Source: Acidobacteriota bacterium
GTDB taxonomy: Bacteria > Acidobacteriota > UBA890 > WLXD01
Assembly: GCA_963666215.2 (NCBI GenBank)
Contig: CAXWPL010000005.1
Span: forward strand, 1,472,001 to 1,536,000
Length of the DNA stretch: 64,000 nt
Direction: 5' to 3'
This document shows, piece by piece, positions 41,656 to 52,913 of the stretch. The notes beneath the pieces were generated by a model. That model ran no database searches. It saw nothing but the letters and a program-made list of their open reading frames with translations, and was not told where the DNA came from. The translations under genes were made by a program, and so were the position numbers. Numbering within the stretch: the first letter of the stretch is position 1; every line of letters starts with the position of its first letter.

Positions 41656-41809
41656 GGGGGAGGGGCCTTTCGTCTGTGCGTCTTGGATTTGTTGAAGAGC
41701 AGTGCGGCGCGCTTCCAGAAGACTACCCGAATCCGGCACGCTCTTCGGAGAATGAAACGGTGCGTGCTGTAGGGTGGCCGCTCTTTCCATGGTTCGATAA
41801 AGGACGATC

Positions 41810-43291
41810 TTGACGGTCAAAGAACGGTTGAGCGAGTGGCGGGTCGCGTGTTACGCCTCGATGTACATGCCGATCTCGATGGCCCTCTTGCCGGTTGGGA
41901 TTTACGTCCAACCCCACTACGCGGAGCTTGGTGTCAGCCTGATCGGCATGTCCGGCATCATCTTCTTTGCGCGCCTATCCGACGTCTTCACCGATCCGCT
42001 GATCGGGGTTCTCTCGGACCGGACCAAGAGCCGCATCGGCCGGCGCAAGCCGTGGATCATCGCCGGTACGCCGCTGATGATGGTCTCGATGTACATGCTC
42101 TTCATACCGCCGGAGAATCCATCGATCTGGTACTTCGGAGTGTGGATCGTGCTGATCTATCTCGCCTTCACGGTGGTCGATCTACCGTATTTCGCCTGGG
42201 GCGCCGAGCTCACAACCGACTACCACGAGCGCACTCATGTGACCGGGCGGCGAGAGCAGTTCCACTTTCTTGGAACCGTCACCGCGAGCGCCATGCCGCT
42301 AATCGCGGGCACGCTGATCTATCTCAGCGCCAGCGGCAACAGCTTGAATGGCTTGCTATCGAACCCCTCCGAAGAACTTGGCTCGGTGATGGCCACGAGA
42401 GCGGGAAGTCCGGGCGCGATCTTGGAGTGGCTGGCGATTTTCGTGCTGATCGCACTTCCGGTCACAGTGCTGCTGGCGACGGTGTTCGTCAGCGAGCCGG
42501 ACCAAGTGGTCATTCCGCGCCGCCCGCCGAGTTTTCTCGCCAGCATCAAGGTCGTGCGCCGCAACGGCCCCTTTGTCCGTTTGATCGTTTGTTACGGGGT
42601 CAGTATCCTCGGACAATCGATGACCGGAGCGTTGTCGTTCTTCTTCGTCAAGCACGTCATCGAGGCTGGCGAGTGGTACTCGATCTTCGTGCTCGTCTAC
42701 TTCTCGTCGTCGCTGCTTGGTCTGTTTTTCTTCATGCCGTTGGCGAAGCGGATCGGCAAACATCGGGCGTTCATCGCTGCCATCATCTGGTATGGGTTCT
42801 GGGCCTCGTTCATTCCCTTTATTCCTGCGGGATGGTTTGGCGTCTTTCTGATCGTCATGGCATTCAAGGGCTCCTCGGAAGGCGCCATGCTCGCGATTCC
42901 CGCCGCGATGGCCGCCGACGCGGTCGACATCGACAGTGCCAGGACCGGTCAGCAGCGCGCGGGTCTGTACTTCTCGGTGTGGGGCATGCTGAAGAAGGGC
43001 GGCGCCGCCGCTGGCGGCGCGATAGCGCTCTTCGTGATCGCTATCTTCGGCTTCGACGCCACCGCGGATCCTGGCCTGAGAGGTACCGTCGATGGTAATT
43101 CGGGCGTCTCGCTCCTGGTTCTGACGCTGTGCTACTCGATCATTCCGGCCGGGCTCAAATTTCTTGCGCTTCCCTTCATCTGGCGCTACCCGTTGACCGA
43201 GGAACGGCAGGTTCGCATCCGCGAGCGCCTGGAGCGGCGGGGGGTTCGAGTTTCGGCGACGCGAGGTGGCGGCGAGGCCTCGTCGTCATAA
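41810..43291 (+). CDS. MFS glycoside-pentoside-hexuronide (MelB-like) transporter
   Basis: DPLIGVLSDRT...GRRKPW, ELTTDYHERT and multiple TM segments. Confidence 0.88.
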   Translation: MTVKERLSEWRVACYASMYMPISMALLPVGIYVQPHYAELGVSLIGMSGIIFFARLSDVFTDPLIGVLSDRTKSRIGRRKPWIIAGTPLMMVSMYMLFIPPENPSIWYFGVWIVLIYLAFTVVDLPYFAWGAELTTDYHERTHVTGRREQFHFLGTVTASAMPLIAGTLIYLSASGNSLNGLLSNPSEELGSVMATRAGSPGAILEWLAIFVLIALPVTVLLATVFVSEPDQVVIPRRPPSFLASIKVVRRNGPFVRLIVCYGVSILGQSMTGALSFFFVKHVIEAGEWYSIFVLVYFSSSLLGLFFFMPLAKRIGKHRAFIAAIIWYGFWASFIPFIPAGWFGVFLIVMAFKGSSEGAMLAIPAAMAADAVDIDSARTGQQRAGLYFSVWGMLKKGGAAAGGAIALFVIAIFGFDATADPGLRGTVDGNSGVSLLVLTLCYSIIPAGLKFLALPFIWRYPLTEERQVRIRERLERRGVRVSATRGGGEASSS

Positions 43292-43621
43292 CAACCTCGC
43301 TGTGGCTTGTTGTGGTTTGAGCGCTCGTGATTGCTATGTGACTGCTGATGGAGGGATGTTCCTACTCGGTGCCACGGGAATTGGCGGCAACAAAAGCTCC
43401 GACCCCAGCAACGTTAGAATCATGCGCGAATGAAAGTGACACAACCGACTGCTAGCAGATCCTCGTGCTCTTTCAACTCGGCGGGAAGACCGAGTCCTTA
43501 CGGCGAGCGATAGAGAGGAGGTTAGATCCTGACGAAGCATGACAAGATCCTTCTCACCATCCTCCGCGGTGCGGCCGACACGAAAGCGTCCTGCTGAAAT
43601 ACAAGCTCGGAGGAGACGCCC

Positions 43622-43840
43622 ATGAGGACTGAGCCGCGCTACGAGGTCATCATCTACTGGAGCGGGGACGATGCCGCCTATGTAGCGGAGGTCCCGGAGT
43701 TGCCAGGGTGTGCTGCCGACGGCCAGACCCAAGCAGAAGCACTCGAAAACGCGCAGGCGATCATTCGCGAGTGGATCGAAACGGCCCAAGAGTTGGGTAG
43801 AGCTATTCCTCAGCCGAAGGGCCGCCTCATCTACGCGTAG
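43622..43840 (+). CDS. hicB: HicB-family antitoxin; only the last codons of a putative hicA remain upstream
   Basis: YVAEVPELPGCAADGQT..EAL...W...GRAIPQP. Confidence 0.88.
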   Translation: MRTEPRYEVIIYWSGDDAAYVAEVPELPGCAADGQTQAEALENAQAIIREWIETAQELGRAIPQPKGRLIYA

Positions 43841-44078
43841 GCTTCGGCTCGACGACGAGGGTCTGGGAACACGGGCCTCGGTGCTCCTGCGGCCACTAAC
43901 CTGCGTCGGGTGGGAGTTCTATTGTGGTTTCTTGCTCCGGATAGAACGGAAATTTGAATCTCGTATTCAATAAACTCAAGCATTCGTATCAAGCAGTTGC
44001 ATAACCCTGGTTTTGCGAGTAGCCTTATCGTCGAAAACAAATCGATCTCGGAAGGACCGCGACACAGGAGTGAGCAAA

Positions 44079-45512
44079 ATGAGCGTCGACCCACTGAGAA
44101 TTTTCCGGGACACGACACTAGTTGCTACGCTGATGTGCTTGGCGACTTCGCTGGTGTTTGCGGCGGAGCGCAAGCCGAATATTCTGATCATTGTGGCTGA
44201 CGATCTGGGCTACGGGGATCTCGGTTTCCAAGGTGGGAGGGATATTCCGACGCCGAACCTGGACACGTTGGCCAGAAGCGGAGTGCGTTTCTCGAACGGC
44301 TACGTGTCTGCGGCTTGGTGCGCCCCGACCCGCGCCGGCCTGTTGACGGGGCGTTATCAACAGCGTTTCGGGCACTACCGCGGGATTGGGAGCACAGGCA
44401 GTATCGGGCCAGAGCCCGCCGGCCTGGCTCTGTCGGAGACCACCCTCGCCGATCGTCTGAAGGCGGCCGGGTATGCCACCGGGATTGTCGGAAAATGGCA
44501 TTTGGGAACCTCGCCCGAGTTTCATCCGCAACAACGCGGCTTTGATGAGTTCTTCGGCTTCCTGGGAGGGGCGCACAGCTTCCTGCCCGGTTTGCCGAGC
44601 ATCATCTTTCCGGACCGGACGGGGGCCGGCGAGGACTATGGCAGCCGTATGGCGGGACAGATCCAGCGCGGCACAGAGCGGGTCGGAGAAGAGGAATACC
44701 TGACCGATGCCTTCGCTCGCGAAGCCGTTTCGTTCATCGAACGGCATCAGAAGGCTCCGTTCTTCCTGTATCTGGCGTTCAACGCGGTGCACACGCCGAT
44801 GCACGCTACGGACCAGCGGCTGGAGAAGTTCGCGGCCATCAAGGATCCGGTCCGGCGCATCTATTGTGCGATGACGCTGGCAATGGATGAAGCCGTTGGC
44901 AGGGTGACCGACAAGCTGCGGGAAGCTGGCTTGGAAGAAGACACGCTGATTTTTTTCATCAGCGACAATGGTGGGCCAACCATCCATAAGTTTGCGTACA
45001 ACGCCTCACGAAACACGCCGCTCCGCGGTTCGAAAGGAACCACGCTCGAAGGCGGCATCCGGGTGCCGTTCGTCGTTTCGTGGAAAGGACATCTCCCGGC
45101 CGGTGAGGTTTACGATCCGCCGGTCATCCAGTTGGATTTTCTGCCCACGGCCCTGGCCGCTGCCGGAGTGGAAGCGAAGCCGGAGTGGAAGCTCGACGGC
45201 GTCAATCTTCTGCCCCATATCAAAGGCCAGGCCTCCTCTGGGCCCCACGACGCGCTCTACTGGGGCTCGATCGGACAGACGGCGGTTCGCCAGGGCGACT
45301 GGAAACTGGTCACCTACCTGAGCAACATCGATGAAGGGGATGTCCTTCGCTCTGACCCTTCGCGACTAACTTCTCCCAGACTGTACAACCTGAGCAGCGA
45401 CATTGGCGAAGCCAACGACCTCGCCAGTAGCGAGACGGGAAAGTTCAAAGAGCTCAAGTCGCTTTGGCACAAATGGGCCGCCACGATGAGCGTCAAGATG
45501 GTCGAACCTTAG
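44079..45512 (+). CDS. Arylsulfatase-family sulfatase
   Basis: PNILIIVADDLG, CAPTRAGLLTGR, GKWHLG and SDNGG. Confidence 0.93.
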   Translation: MSVDPLRIFRDTTLVATLMCLATSLVFAAERKPNILIIVADDLGYGDLGFQGGRDIPTPNLDTLARSGVRFSNGYVSAAWCAPTRAGLLTGRYQQRFGHYRGIGSTGSIGPEPAGLALSETTLADRLKAAGYATGIVGKWHLGTSPEFHPQQRGFDEFFGFLGGAHSFLPGLPSIIFPDRTGAGEDYGSRMAGQIQRGTERVGEEEYLTDAFAREAVSFIERHQKAPFFLYLAFNAVHTPMHATDQRLEKFAAIKDPVRRIYCAMTLAMDEAVGRVTDKLREAGLEEDTLIFFISDNGGPTIHKFAYNASRNTPLRGSKGTTLEGGIRVPFVVSWKGHLPAGEVYDPPVIQLDFLPTALAAAGVEAKPEWKLDGVNLLPHIKGQASSGPHDALYWGSIGQTAVRQGDWKLVTYLSNIDEGDVLRSDPSRLTSPRLYNLSSDIGEANDLASSETGKFKELKSLWHKWAATMSVKMVEP

Positions 45513-45570
45513 CGGCGCCTCACTCAAACGTGGGTCTGGCCTCGATGGATCTCGATCCCGGAAGGCGCCA

Positions 45571-46320
45571 CTATCTGACGATAGAGACATTAAGGGTCCG
45601 AGCCAAGAAAAACTCGGCCTGGGGTGCTTTCTCCAAGGTGATTGGGGTGATCTCGGGATCACCTCCTGGTGCACTGATCACCAGATCCACCTCAGCCGCT
45701 GAATCCCAGATGAGGATTTCGAATTCGCCGTTCTTCTTGGTCTCTTCGGAGGTGGCGATGAGCTCGCCCCCGTCTCGGATCTCGACTACGGCGCCTTTGA
45801 TGCCTTTGCCGCTCTCTCTGTTCGAAACCGTTCCCACCAGAACAGCGCAAACGCCTTCCAGGGCTGGTTTCTGGCCGGCGGGCGCCAGGATCGGATAGAC
45901 CCTTTCGAAGCCGTTCCTGTTGAGTGGTACCCGCGCCTCCACAGTCTCATAGCCTTCTTTTTCATAGCTGGCTCGGGCGACGATGCCGACCTGATCAATC
46001 CTGGGGTAGAGACCTCCCATTCCGCGCACGAGGTAGTTTCCGGTCTTCCTGCTCTTCGATCGCACCCTGAACGCCCCCGCGTCGTCGTTCACTACCCAGA
46101 TCAACACATCAGACATGGGATTACCTTCGAGGTCGAAAGCTGTTCCCATCAGGCGGGTGTTGTCACCAGCCCCGGCCTCGGGGTCTTCGGTGCCGAGGAA
46201 GCCGCCGGAAGTGTTCTGTGCGTGGGCACCGGAGCTGACCAGGGCGAGTGCGGTGAGGAGTAGCAGGTAGCGCAGACCGAAGAAGCACCAGCGTGCCTTC
46301 CTTGTGCAATGTCGGGTCAT
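45571..46320 (-). CDS. Secreted hypothetical protein with carboxypeptidase-regulatory-like beta domains
   Basis: Signal peptide; two GT..D/N..G.(P/G)...V.I repeats. Confidence 0.55.
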   Translation of the reverse strand: MTRHCTRKARWCFFGLRYLLLLTALALVSSGAHAQNTSGGFLGTEDPEAGAGDNTRLMGTAFDLEGNPMSDVLIWVVNDDAGAFRVRSKSRKTGNYLVRGMGGLYPRIDQVGIVARASYEKEGYETVEARVPLNRNGFERVYPILAPAGQKPALEGVCAVLVGTVSNRESGKGIKGAVVEIRDGGELIATSEETKKNGEFEILIWDSAAEVDLVISAPGGDPEITPITLEKAPQAEFFLARTLNVSIVR

Positions 46321-46549
46321 AGTGAAGCTCCCCTGTGATGATCGGGTACGGTACCACTGAGTCTACTCCTCCTCACCTACGGGCCGGCGAGGCCTTCTTC
46401 GTCGCTCTCGTTCGCATGCGTCGACTTTAGCCTGAGAGAAATGGCAGCGAGGGGCGACGTTCTTCGCCGGACACGTTAGTGTGACCGTCCCGGCTCCGCC
46501 GAGGGCACCGCCCCGCGAATCGAGCCTTTACTTTTGAGGAGAGTCCCTG

Positions 46550-47788
46550 ATGAGTGTTTCTTCTGGCGGTTTGCTCGAAGGCATCAAGGTGGTCGAGGCC
46601 GCGGCCATGGTGATGGTGCCGTCGGTCGGGGCGATGCTCAGCGACTACGGCGCGGAGGTGGTGAAGATCGAGTCGCTGGAGGGAGACCTCAACCGGCAGG
46701 GTCATCTCTTTCCGGGCATGCCTAAGCACCCGGAGGAATACGAGTACACCTTCTTGCCCGACAACCGCGGCAAAAGAAGCCTCGCTCTGAATCTCAAGGA
46801 CCCTGCCGGTCACGAGATCCTGATGAAGCTGATCGACGGCGCCGACGTCTTTCTCACCAACACTCGGCAGAAGGCACTGGATCGCCTGGGCCTGGGGTAC
46901 AAAGAGATCTCGGCGAGGAACCCACGCCTGGTCTACGCCCACGGGACCGGCTTCGGAGATCGGGGCCCCGAGGCTGACAAGCCGGGCTTCGACGGCGTCA
47001 CTTACTGGTCTCGCAGTGGGCTCGAGGCCTCCTTGTTTCCTGAACAAGGCTGGCTCGGTTCGACCGGTTACGGTACCGGCGATCACCCCAGCGGCATGTC
47101 TCTCTTCAGTGCGGTGATGCTTGCGCTCTTTGCACGCGAGCGCACCGGAAAGGGAGGGCGGGTCTCGACTTCGCTACTCGCCAATGGCGTCTGGGCGAAC
47201 GCGATCATCATTCAGGCCCGCCTGCTGAATACCCAGTTTCAGGAACGGCGGGCGAGGGAAGACGCTCGCAATTTCACCGGGGTCTACTATCGAGCCGGGG
47301 ACGGCCGCATCTTCAAAATGGCGGTGCCGGACATCGAGCCAGGCTGGCCCAAGGTCTGCCGTGCGATCGGTCGGCCCGACCTGATCGACGATCCGCGCTA
47401 CGCCACTCTGGAAGCTCGCTCCCAGGACGGGCACATGAAGGAGCTCATCGAGCTCTGCGACCAGATCTTCGCGACCAGGCCCGTCGAGCATTGGCAGAAG
47501 ACTCTCGAGAGAGAGGATGTTCCCCACTCCCTCGTTGCCAACTACGACGACGTCGAAGCCGACGAGCAGATGGCCGCCAACGACATCTTTGTCGAGTTTG
47601 ACCATCCAGAGCTCGGCAAGCTTCGCACCGTCAACAGCCCTTTCGAGCTGGACGACCATGCCAAGGTGCGACCGCGTCCGGCGCCTGGCCACGGTGAGCA
47701 CTCGGCCGAAGTCCTGGCAGAGCTCGGTCTCGATGCCGGGCGTATCGAGGAGCTGGTGGAGCGTGGAGTGGTCAAGGCGGGAGCCTAA
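46550..47788 (+). CDS. Class III CoA-transferase (CaiB/BaiF)
   Basis: LEGIKVVE, DYGAEVVKIE, NRGKRSLALNLK and GFGDRGP. Confidence 0.9.
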   Translation: MSVSSGGLLEGIKVVEAAAMVMVPSVGAMLSDYGAEVVKIESLEGDLNRQGHLFPGMPKHPEEYEYTFLPDNRGKRSLALNLKDPAGHEILMKLIDGADVFLTNTRQKALDRLGLGYKEISARNPRLVYAHGTGFGDRGPEADKPGFDGVTYWSRSGLEASLFPEQGWLGSTGYGTGDHPSGMSLFSAVMLALFARERTGKGGRVSTSLLANGVWANAIIIQARLLNTQFQERRAREDARNFTGVYYRAGDGRIFKMAVPDIEPGWPKVCRAIGRPDLIDDPRYATLEARSQDGHMKELIELCDQIFATRPVEHWQKTLEREDVPHSLVANYDDVEADEQMAANDIFVEFDHPELGKLRTVNSPFELDDHAKVRPRPAPGHGEHSAEVLAELGLDAGRIEELVERGVVKAGA

Positions 47789-49793
47789 GGGTCGGCGCGG
47801 AAATAAGTTTCCAGTATCTGGGGTGACCATACCACTGCCCCCTTCTTCAGCCACCGCATAATCCTCCGGTACGCGCCTTGTTTGCAAGGTTTAGAGCTAG
47901 CATAGCCCTGCCCGCATTTGGTATAGTTTTCCCTGTCACCTCTTTTGGAAGGGGAACTATACCAAATGGTACGAGCCGAAGATCGTGATGCAACAGTGCG
48001 CGAGCTCTTGATGAGCGAACAAATGGCCACCATGGATGAGCTCAAGGACGCCATGGGAACCCGAGCCACCATGACGGTCTACCGTTCGCTGTCTCGATTG
48101 GGCTATTTGGCCAGCTACTCGGATCGAGGGCGGTTCTATACCTTGAACGAGATTCCCGATTTCGACGATCTGGGTTTGTGGTCGTGCGGTTCGGCGAGGT
48201 TCAGTCGGCATGGCAGCCTCCTCGAAACTGCGGTGGCTGCCGTGGACCGGTCCGCTGCCGGCTATACGGCTTCTGAACTCGAGCTCCTGCTGCAGGTCGA
48301 GGTCAAGCACGCGATGTTGCACCTCGTTCGTCGCAAGAGAATCGTACGATCCAGAGTTGGGAAGAGGTTCGTATACTTGTGCTCGGAAACAGGGCGCCGT
48401 CGTCAGCAGAAGCTGATGCGCAACGAACGGCAGGCTCTCCAGGATGTAGCTGCCAGCCTCGTTCCAGAAGTGCTCCCCGAGGAGCTCAGGGCTGCCATCG
48501 TTTTATTCTTCAGCCTGCTAGACGAACGCCAGCGGCGGCTCTTCGCTGGCCTGGAAGCGACCAAGCTCGGGCATGGCGGCGACCGGAAGATCGCCGATCT
48601 TCTGGACCTGGACCCTCATACAGTCGCAAAAGGACGTCGCGAGCTCTTCGGCGGCTCCGTGGAGCGCGGAAGAGTTCGAAGAGCAGGCGGTGGCAACCAA
48701 CGAGTGGAAAAAAAACGCCCGAGATAGTCGATGGAATCCATTCCATACTCGAGGCCGATATAGCTGGTGATCCCATGTCATCAAAAAGATGGACGCACGA
48801 GACCGCTGCAAAGGTGGCCCAATGCCTTGCCGAACGCCTTGACATCATCGTATCGGCTACGGTGGTGCGTCGATTGCTCGCAGACCTGAACTATTCCCTC
48901 AAGAGCAATAGGAAATGTCTGTCTTCGGGGAACTCCCCAGATCGTGATGCACAGTTCAAGGCCATCAAGCGACTGCGCGAGGATTTCACAAGCGCTGGCG
49001 ACCCGATCATCAGCGTCGATACGAAGAAGAAGGAGCTGATCGGTCGGTTCAAGAACCAGGGACAGACATGGTGCCGCGAGGCCAAGCGGGTCAAGGATCA
49101 CGACTTCCGGTCCGAAGCTCTCGCCATCGCCTCCCCCTATGGGATCTACGATCTTCAGAGGAACTTCGGCGTTCTCGTCCTCGGACAGTCGTCGGACACG
49201 CCGGAGTTCGCTGTCAACAGCATCGCGACCTGGTGGCTCAAATACGGTCGATCTCACTATCCGGCGTCTCAGCGTCTCCTCATTCTTGCCGACAGCGGCG
49301 CAAGCAACGGCGCACGGCTTCGAGCCTGGAAGAAGTACCTCCAGGAGAAGCTCGTAGACAAGTGCGGCCTCATCATCACCGTCGCCCACTATCCAACTGG
49401 CACCAGTAAATGGAATCCCATCGAGCACAGGATGTTCAGCGAGATCAGCAAGAACTGGGCCGGAGTTCCTCTCGAGAGTTTCGAGATCCTCGTCAACCTC
49501 GTCCGCAACACGACGACATCCACCGGACTGCGCGTCGAGCCGTGCCGTGATCAACGCCAATACCAGAAAGGAGTCAGGGTATCGGACAAGGAAATGCTGC
49601 AGCTCGCGGTGGCCAGGAGCGACTTCCTAGGAAAGTGGAACTACACCCTCTCGCCGAGACCGCGAACCGAGCAGGAAGAGCTTGCCCCACAGCCTGGGCT
49701 CAGCTCACCACCACCTCCAATGCAGCGACCGCCCTGTGGCGCCTCGGCCTCACACGCTCCGGCGATAATGTGAAGTTATTTCCGCGCCGACCC
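47789..49793 (+). mobile_element. ISAzo13-family IS; orfA 47966-48727 and orfB to 49773 joined by a probable -1 frameshift at an A8 run
   Basis: TIR GGGTCGGCGCGGAAATAA; TAA on both flanks; ISVDTKKKE, ADSGASNG and GTSKWNPIEHR. Confidence 0.92.
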
Positions 49794-50289
49794 TAAGAGG
49801 TGGCGCACATGTACGACATCGATGCCGAGTCCCGTAAGTACGTGCTCATAAGTGAGCTCGCGGTGACGGTCGCGCCTCCGCCGGTTGCTCCAAAGACGGG
49901 GAGGGCTCCACCGCGCGAGCTGGTCGATGCGGCCATCGACCGCCCACCTGTAGAGGCGCAGGGAGAACGGGTCGGCAATGAGCAGAAAGCACTCCCAGGT
50001 GCCCCCCACTTCGCCGAGGAGGTCCCGGGTGGTCTCCGAGACGCCACCCGGGGCCGTCATGTAGGACTAGGAGTAGGCGCTGCCTCAGCGGCTCCTCTGC
50101 TGGCCTCCCCAGAGAAAGATCGCGGCGAGCCCGAGTTAGGGCCGCCCCCTCACTCGGGGGCAGCTGGACACTGCGCTCGCGATGGGTGCGCCAAGTGCGC
50201 ATAGCGTCCCGGCCCGGCTCGACCAGCCAGTGCCGCACAGTGAGCTCTGCCGGTCCCAGAAAGCTGAGCAAGCTACGCCGAGAGCTCAT
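49794..50289 (-). pseudogene. N-terminal fragment of a GT4-like glycosyltransferase, frameshifted and cut by the ISAzo13 element
   Basis: RLLLVLH..GG.SETTRDL...IDVVHVRHL; coupled to the stop of the GT2 gene. Confidence 0.6.
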
Positions 50290-51146
50290 GCCGCTGCGCC
50301 TTCTCGTTCGAGGGCTGCGGCCAGGACCTCCCGCAGTTCGTCAAGGGGGTCGGCGGCCAGCCAGGCGGCCACCTGCCGCTCGTACTCTGGGTACAGTCTC
50401 CGCAACTTGCACGCCCCTCGCCTGACCAGCCACCTCTTCCGCCATCCCAAAGACGCGGAGCCGCGGTGAAAAACGAAGGTCCGATCATCCACCAGGTGAA
50501 CGAAGCCCCGGGCACTCGCCCGCATCGCGAAATCGTTCTCCTCGCCGCACCCTTCTGGAAACGCGTGCTCGTCGAAGAGGCCCACCTCGGTGAGAGCCTC
50601 GCGCCGCACCAGCATGCAGAACCCGTTGCCCGTGGGCACCTGCGGACAGAGCCACGGCGAAACCTCCTCAACCAGTCGCGCCATCCCGTCGACCCCAAGC
50701 GACTCCGGCACAGGGTTTCGCCCGTTGCGCACCGGTACCGAGAACGCACCCGCGGCGTTCGATACGGGAGTGACAGTCGCGACGCGAGGGAGGCTCCGCG
50801 CGGTCGCGCTGAGCTTCTCAAGCCAGCGCTGAGTCACCTGGGTGTCGCTGTTGAGTAAAACCACGTTGTCCTCTCCGGCGAGCCGGCAGCCGTGGTTCAC
50901 AGTCGCAGTATAGCCTCGGCGCCGATCGTGGCGCATAACAGCGATCGAAGTTCCCCGCGCCGTCTCGCGATCCCTGGTCGTCAACAGATATGGCCAGATG
51001 CGCCCGTCGCGGCTCGCGTCGTTCAGCAGCACGATTCGGTGCCGGGCCGCCGTGTGCCGTAGTAGGCTCGCGAGACATTTCCGCAAGTCTTCGAAGGCTC
51101 CGTGGATCGGCACCACCACAGTGACCCCCTCCGCTTCGAACTCCAC
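50286..51146 (-). CDS. GT2-family glycosyltransferase
   Basis: VVVPIH, NDASRD, LLNSD, VGLFDE and EENDF. Confidence 0.9.
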   Translation of the reverse strand: MEFEAEGVTVVVPIHGAFEDLRKCLASLLRHTAARHRIVLLNDASRDGRIWPYLLTTRDRETARGTSIAVMRHDRRRGYTATVNHGCRLAGEDNVVLLNSDTQVTQRWLEKLSATARSLPRVATVTPVSNAAGAFSVPVRNGRNPVPESLGVDGMARLVEEVSPWLCPQVPTGNGFCMLVRREALTEVGLFDEHAFPEGCGEENDFAMRASARGFVHLVDDRTFVFHRGSASLGWRKRWLVRRGACKLRRLYPEYERQVAAWLAADPLDELREVLAAALEREGAAA

Positions 51147-51532
51147 TGAAGATCGCTCCCCTGGACCGGTCGGATGCTACGGATATCGCACATGTGCCTC
51201 GCCGCGAAGGTAGATCCCAAGCCGAGGATGACTAACACAAAGAGCACCTCGTGGTGAGAGTCTCGACGCACCTCGCGCGGAGGAAGACCTTGCGACGTTG
51301 GCTCCTTAGGACTCTAACGCATGGGCGACACCATCACCAGCCGTACTGACGCCGAAGACACGTCTTGAGACCCGGCGCGACGCTGTTGTTTCCCTCGAGG
51401 GGGTCTCCCTCTGTTACCTGTCGCTCCTCAAAACAGATCCGCCTGTGAAATCAGCAGATTAGAGCGCGAGTCCTCACCCCTGGCGCGATTGGCTGTTGCG
51501 TCCCCGACCCGCTTTCATCAGTCTATACGGCC

Positions 51533-52587
51533 ATGACCAAGCTCTTCCTCATGCTAGTCACGATCGTTCTCCGAGCGCGCCGACTTGTCTTTCGGTCGCG
51601 GTCCGATCTTGTTCTAGAGAACGTCGCCTTGAAACAGCAGGTCGACGCGCTGAAGCAGAAGCGACCTGGCCCGCGACTCGACGACGCCGGTCGGGCCTTC
51701 TGGGTGGCGATGAGAAGAGTGTGGAGCGGCTGGGCCGAACGCCTCGTCATTGTGAAGCCGGAGACCGTAGTGAAGTGGCATCGTGAGCGTTTTCGGCGCT
51801 ACTGGACCGAGATCGCCCGACACAAGCGCTGCCCAGGGCGGCCGAGAGTTGAGGGGGAGATCCGCGAGTTGATCCGTAGGATGGCTCTGGAAAACAACTG
51901 GGGAGCTCCGCGGATTCACGGTGAACTGGAGAAGCTGGGCTTCAGCCTCTCCGAGGCGACCGTCTCCCGGTACATGCCGCGACGGCCGGCAGATCTCGAC
52001 GTCGTCCAACGGTGGTTGAGTTTCCTGCGCAACCACAAGGAATGCATCGCAGCGATGGACTTCTTCACCGTCCCGACCGCCTCGTTCGTGTTCTGTACTG
52101 CTGGTTCGTCATCCACCACGACCGACGACGGATCCTTCACTTCAACGCCACGTATAACCCGAGCTCTGCCTGGGTTATCCAGCAGCTGAGGGAGGCGTTC
52201 CCCTACGACACGGCACCGAGGTATCTGATCTTCGACCGCGACGCCATCTTCAGCAAGGCGGTGGCCGGGTTCGTCCGGTCGATGGGAACCAAGGTGTGTC
52301 GAACTGCCTATCGAAGCCCCTGGCAAAACCCTGTGGCAGAGCGCTGGATCGGTGGGTGCCGCCGCGAGCTCTTCGATCACGTGATCGTGGTCCACGAGCT
52401 GCACGCCATCCGGCTCGCCCGCGCCTACATCGACTACTTCCATGAGGACCGCACCCATCTCGGCCTCGGCAAGGACACGCCGTCTAGGCGACCAGTGACA
52501 CCGCCCCCGGCGCCGACCGCGAAGGTCGTCTCGATGCCTCGTGTCGGAGGGCTCCATCACCGATACGAGTGGCGCGAAGCCGCCTGA
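51533..52587 (+). pseudogene. rve integrase-core transposase, frameshifted near 52090
   Basis: WGAPRIHGELEKLG, MDFFTV, FDRD, PWQNPVAER and GGLHHRY spread over two frames. Confidence 0.85.
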
Positions 52588-52913
52588 ACGTGCGGGCCTC
52601 GGAGCGGCTCTCTCCACGGGCTGTCTTGAGGAAACAAAGCCTCACCTGGCCAGCGCTAGCGCACCTGTGAGAGTGATCAGGGTAGTTGATGGGATTCGCC
52701 TCTGTTCTAGTCACGGTAGTCGAGGGAAGAGCGTACTGGTCCCTCGGATAGCGTGATCAAAGCGGGCAAAAGAGCCGGCATCATCCGCGGCCACCGGGCG
52801 CGCCGTTGTTGTGGGGGGGGGAGTGAGGTGCCCTCCGGGGGTTGACGTCCCCTCGGAGGGCGTGTCTTCTTTCGTTGAATTTAAAAACGAAAGGACGAAA
52901 GGAGACAGCCCTC

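Noticed and set aside
375-47788. Classical integron cassette array
   Set aside because: Genes lie in both orientations, and no intI or consistent attC (RYYYAAC...GTTRRRY) sites were recognised
52080-52100. Programmed frameshift in the rve transposase (also the shifts near 26970 and 60540)
   Set aside because: No slippery motif is present; the second IS30 copy lacks the 26970 deletion, so these are more likely decay or sequencing indels
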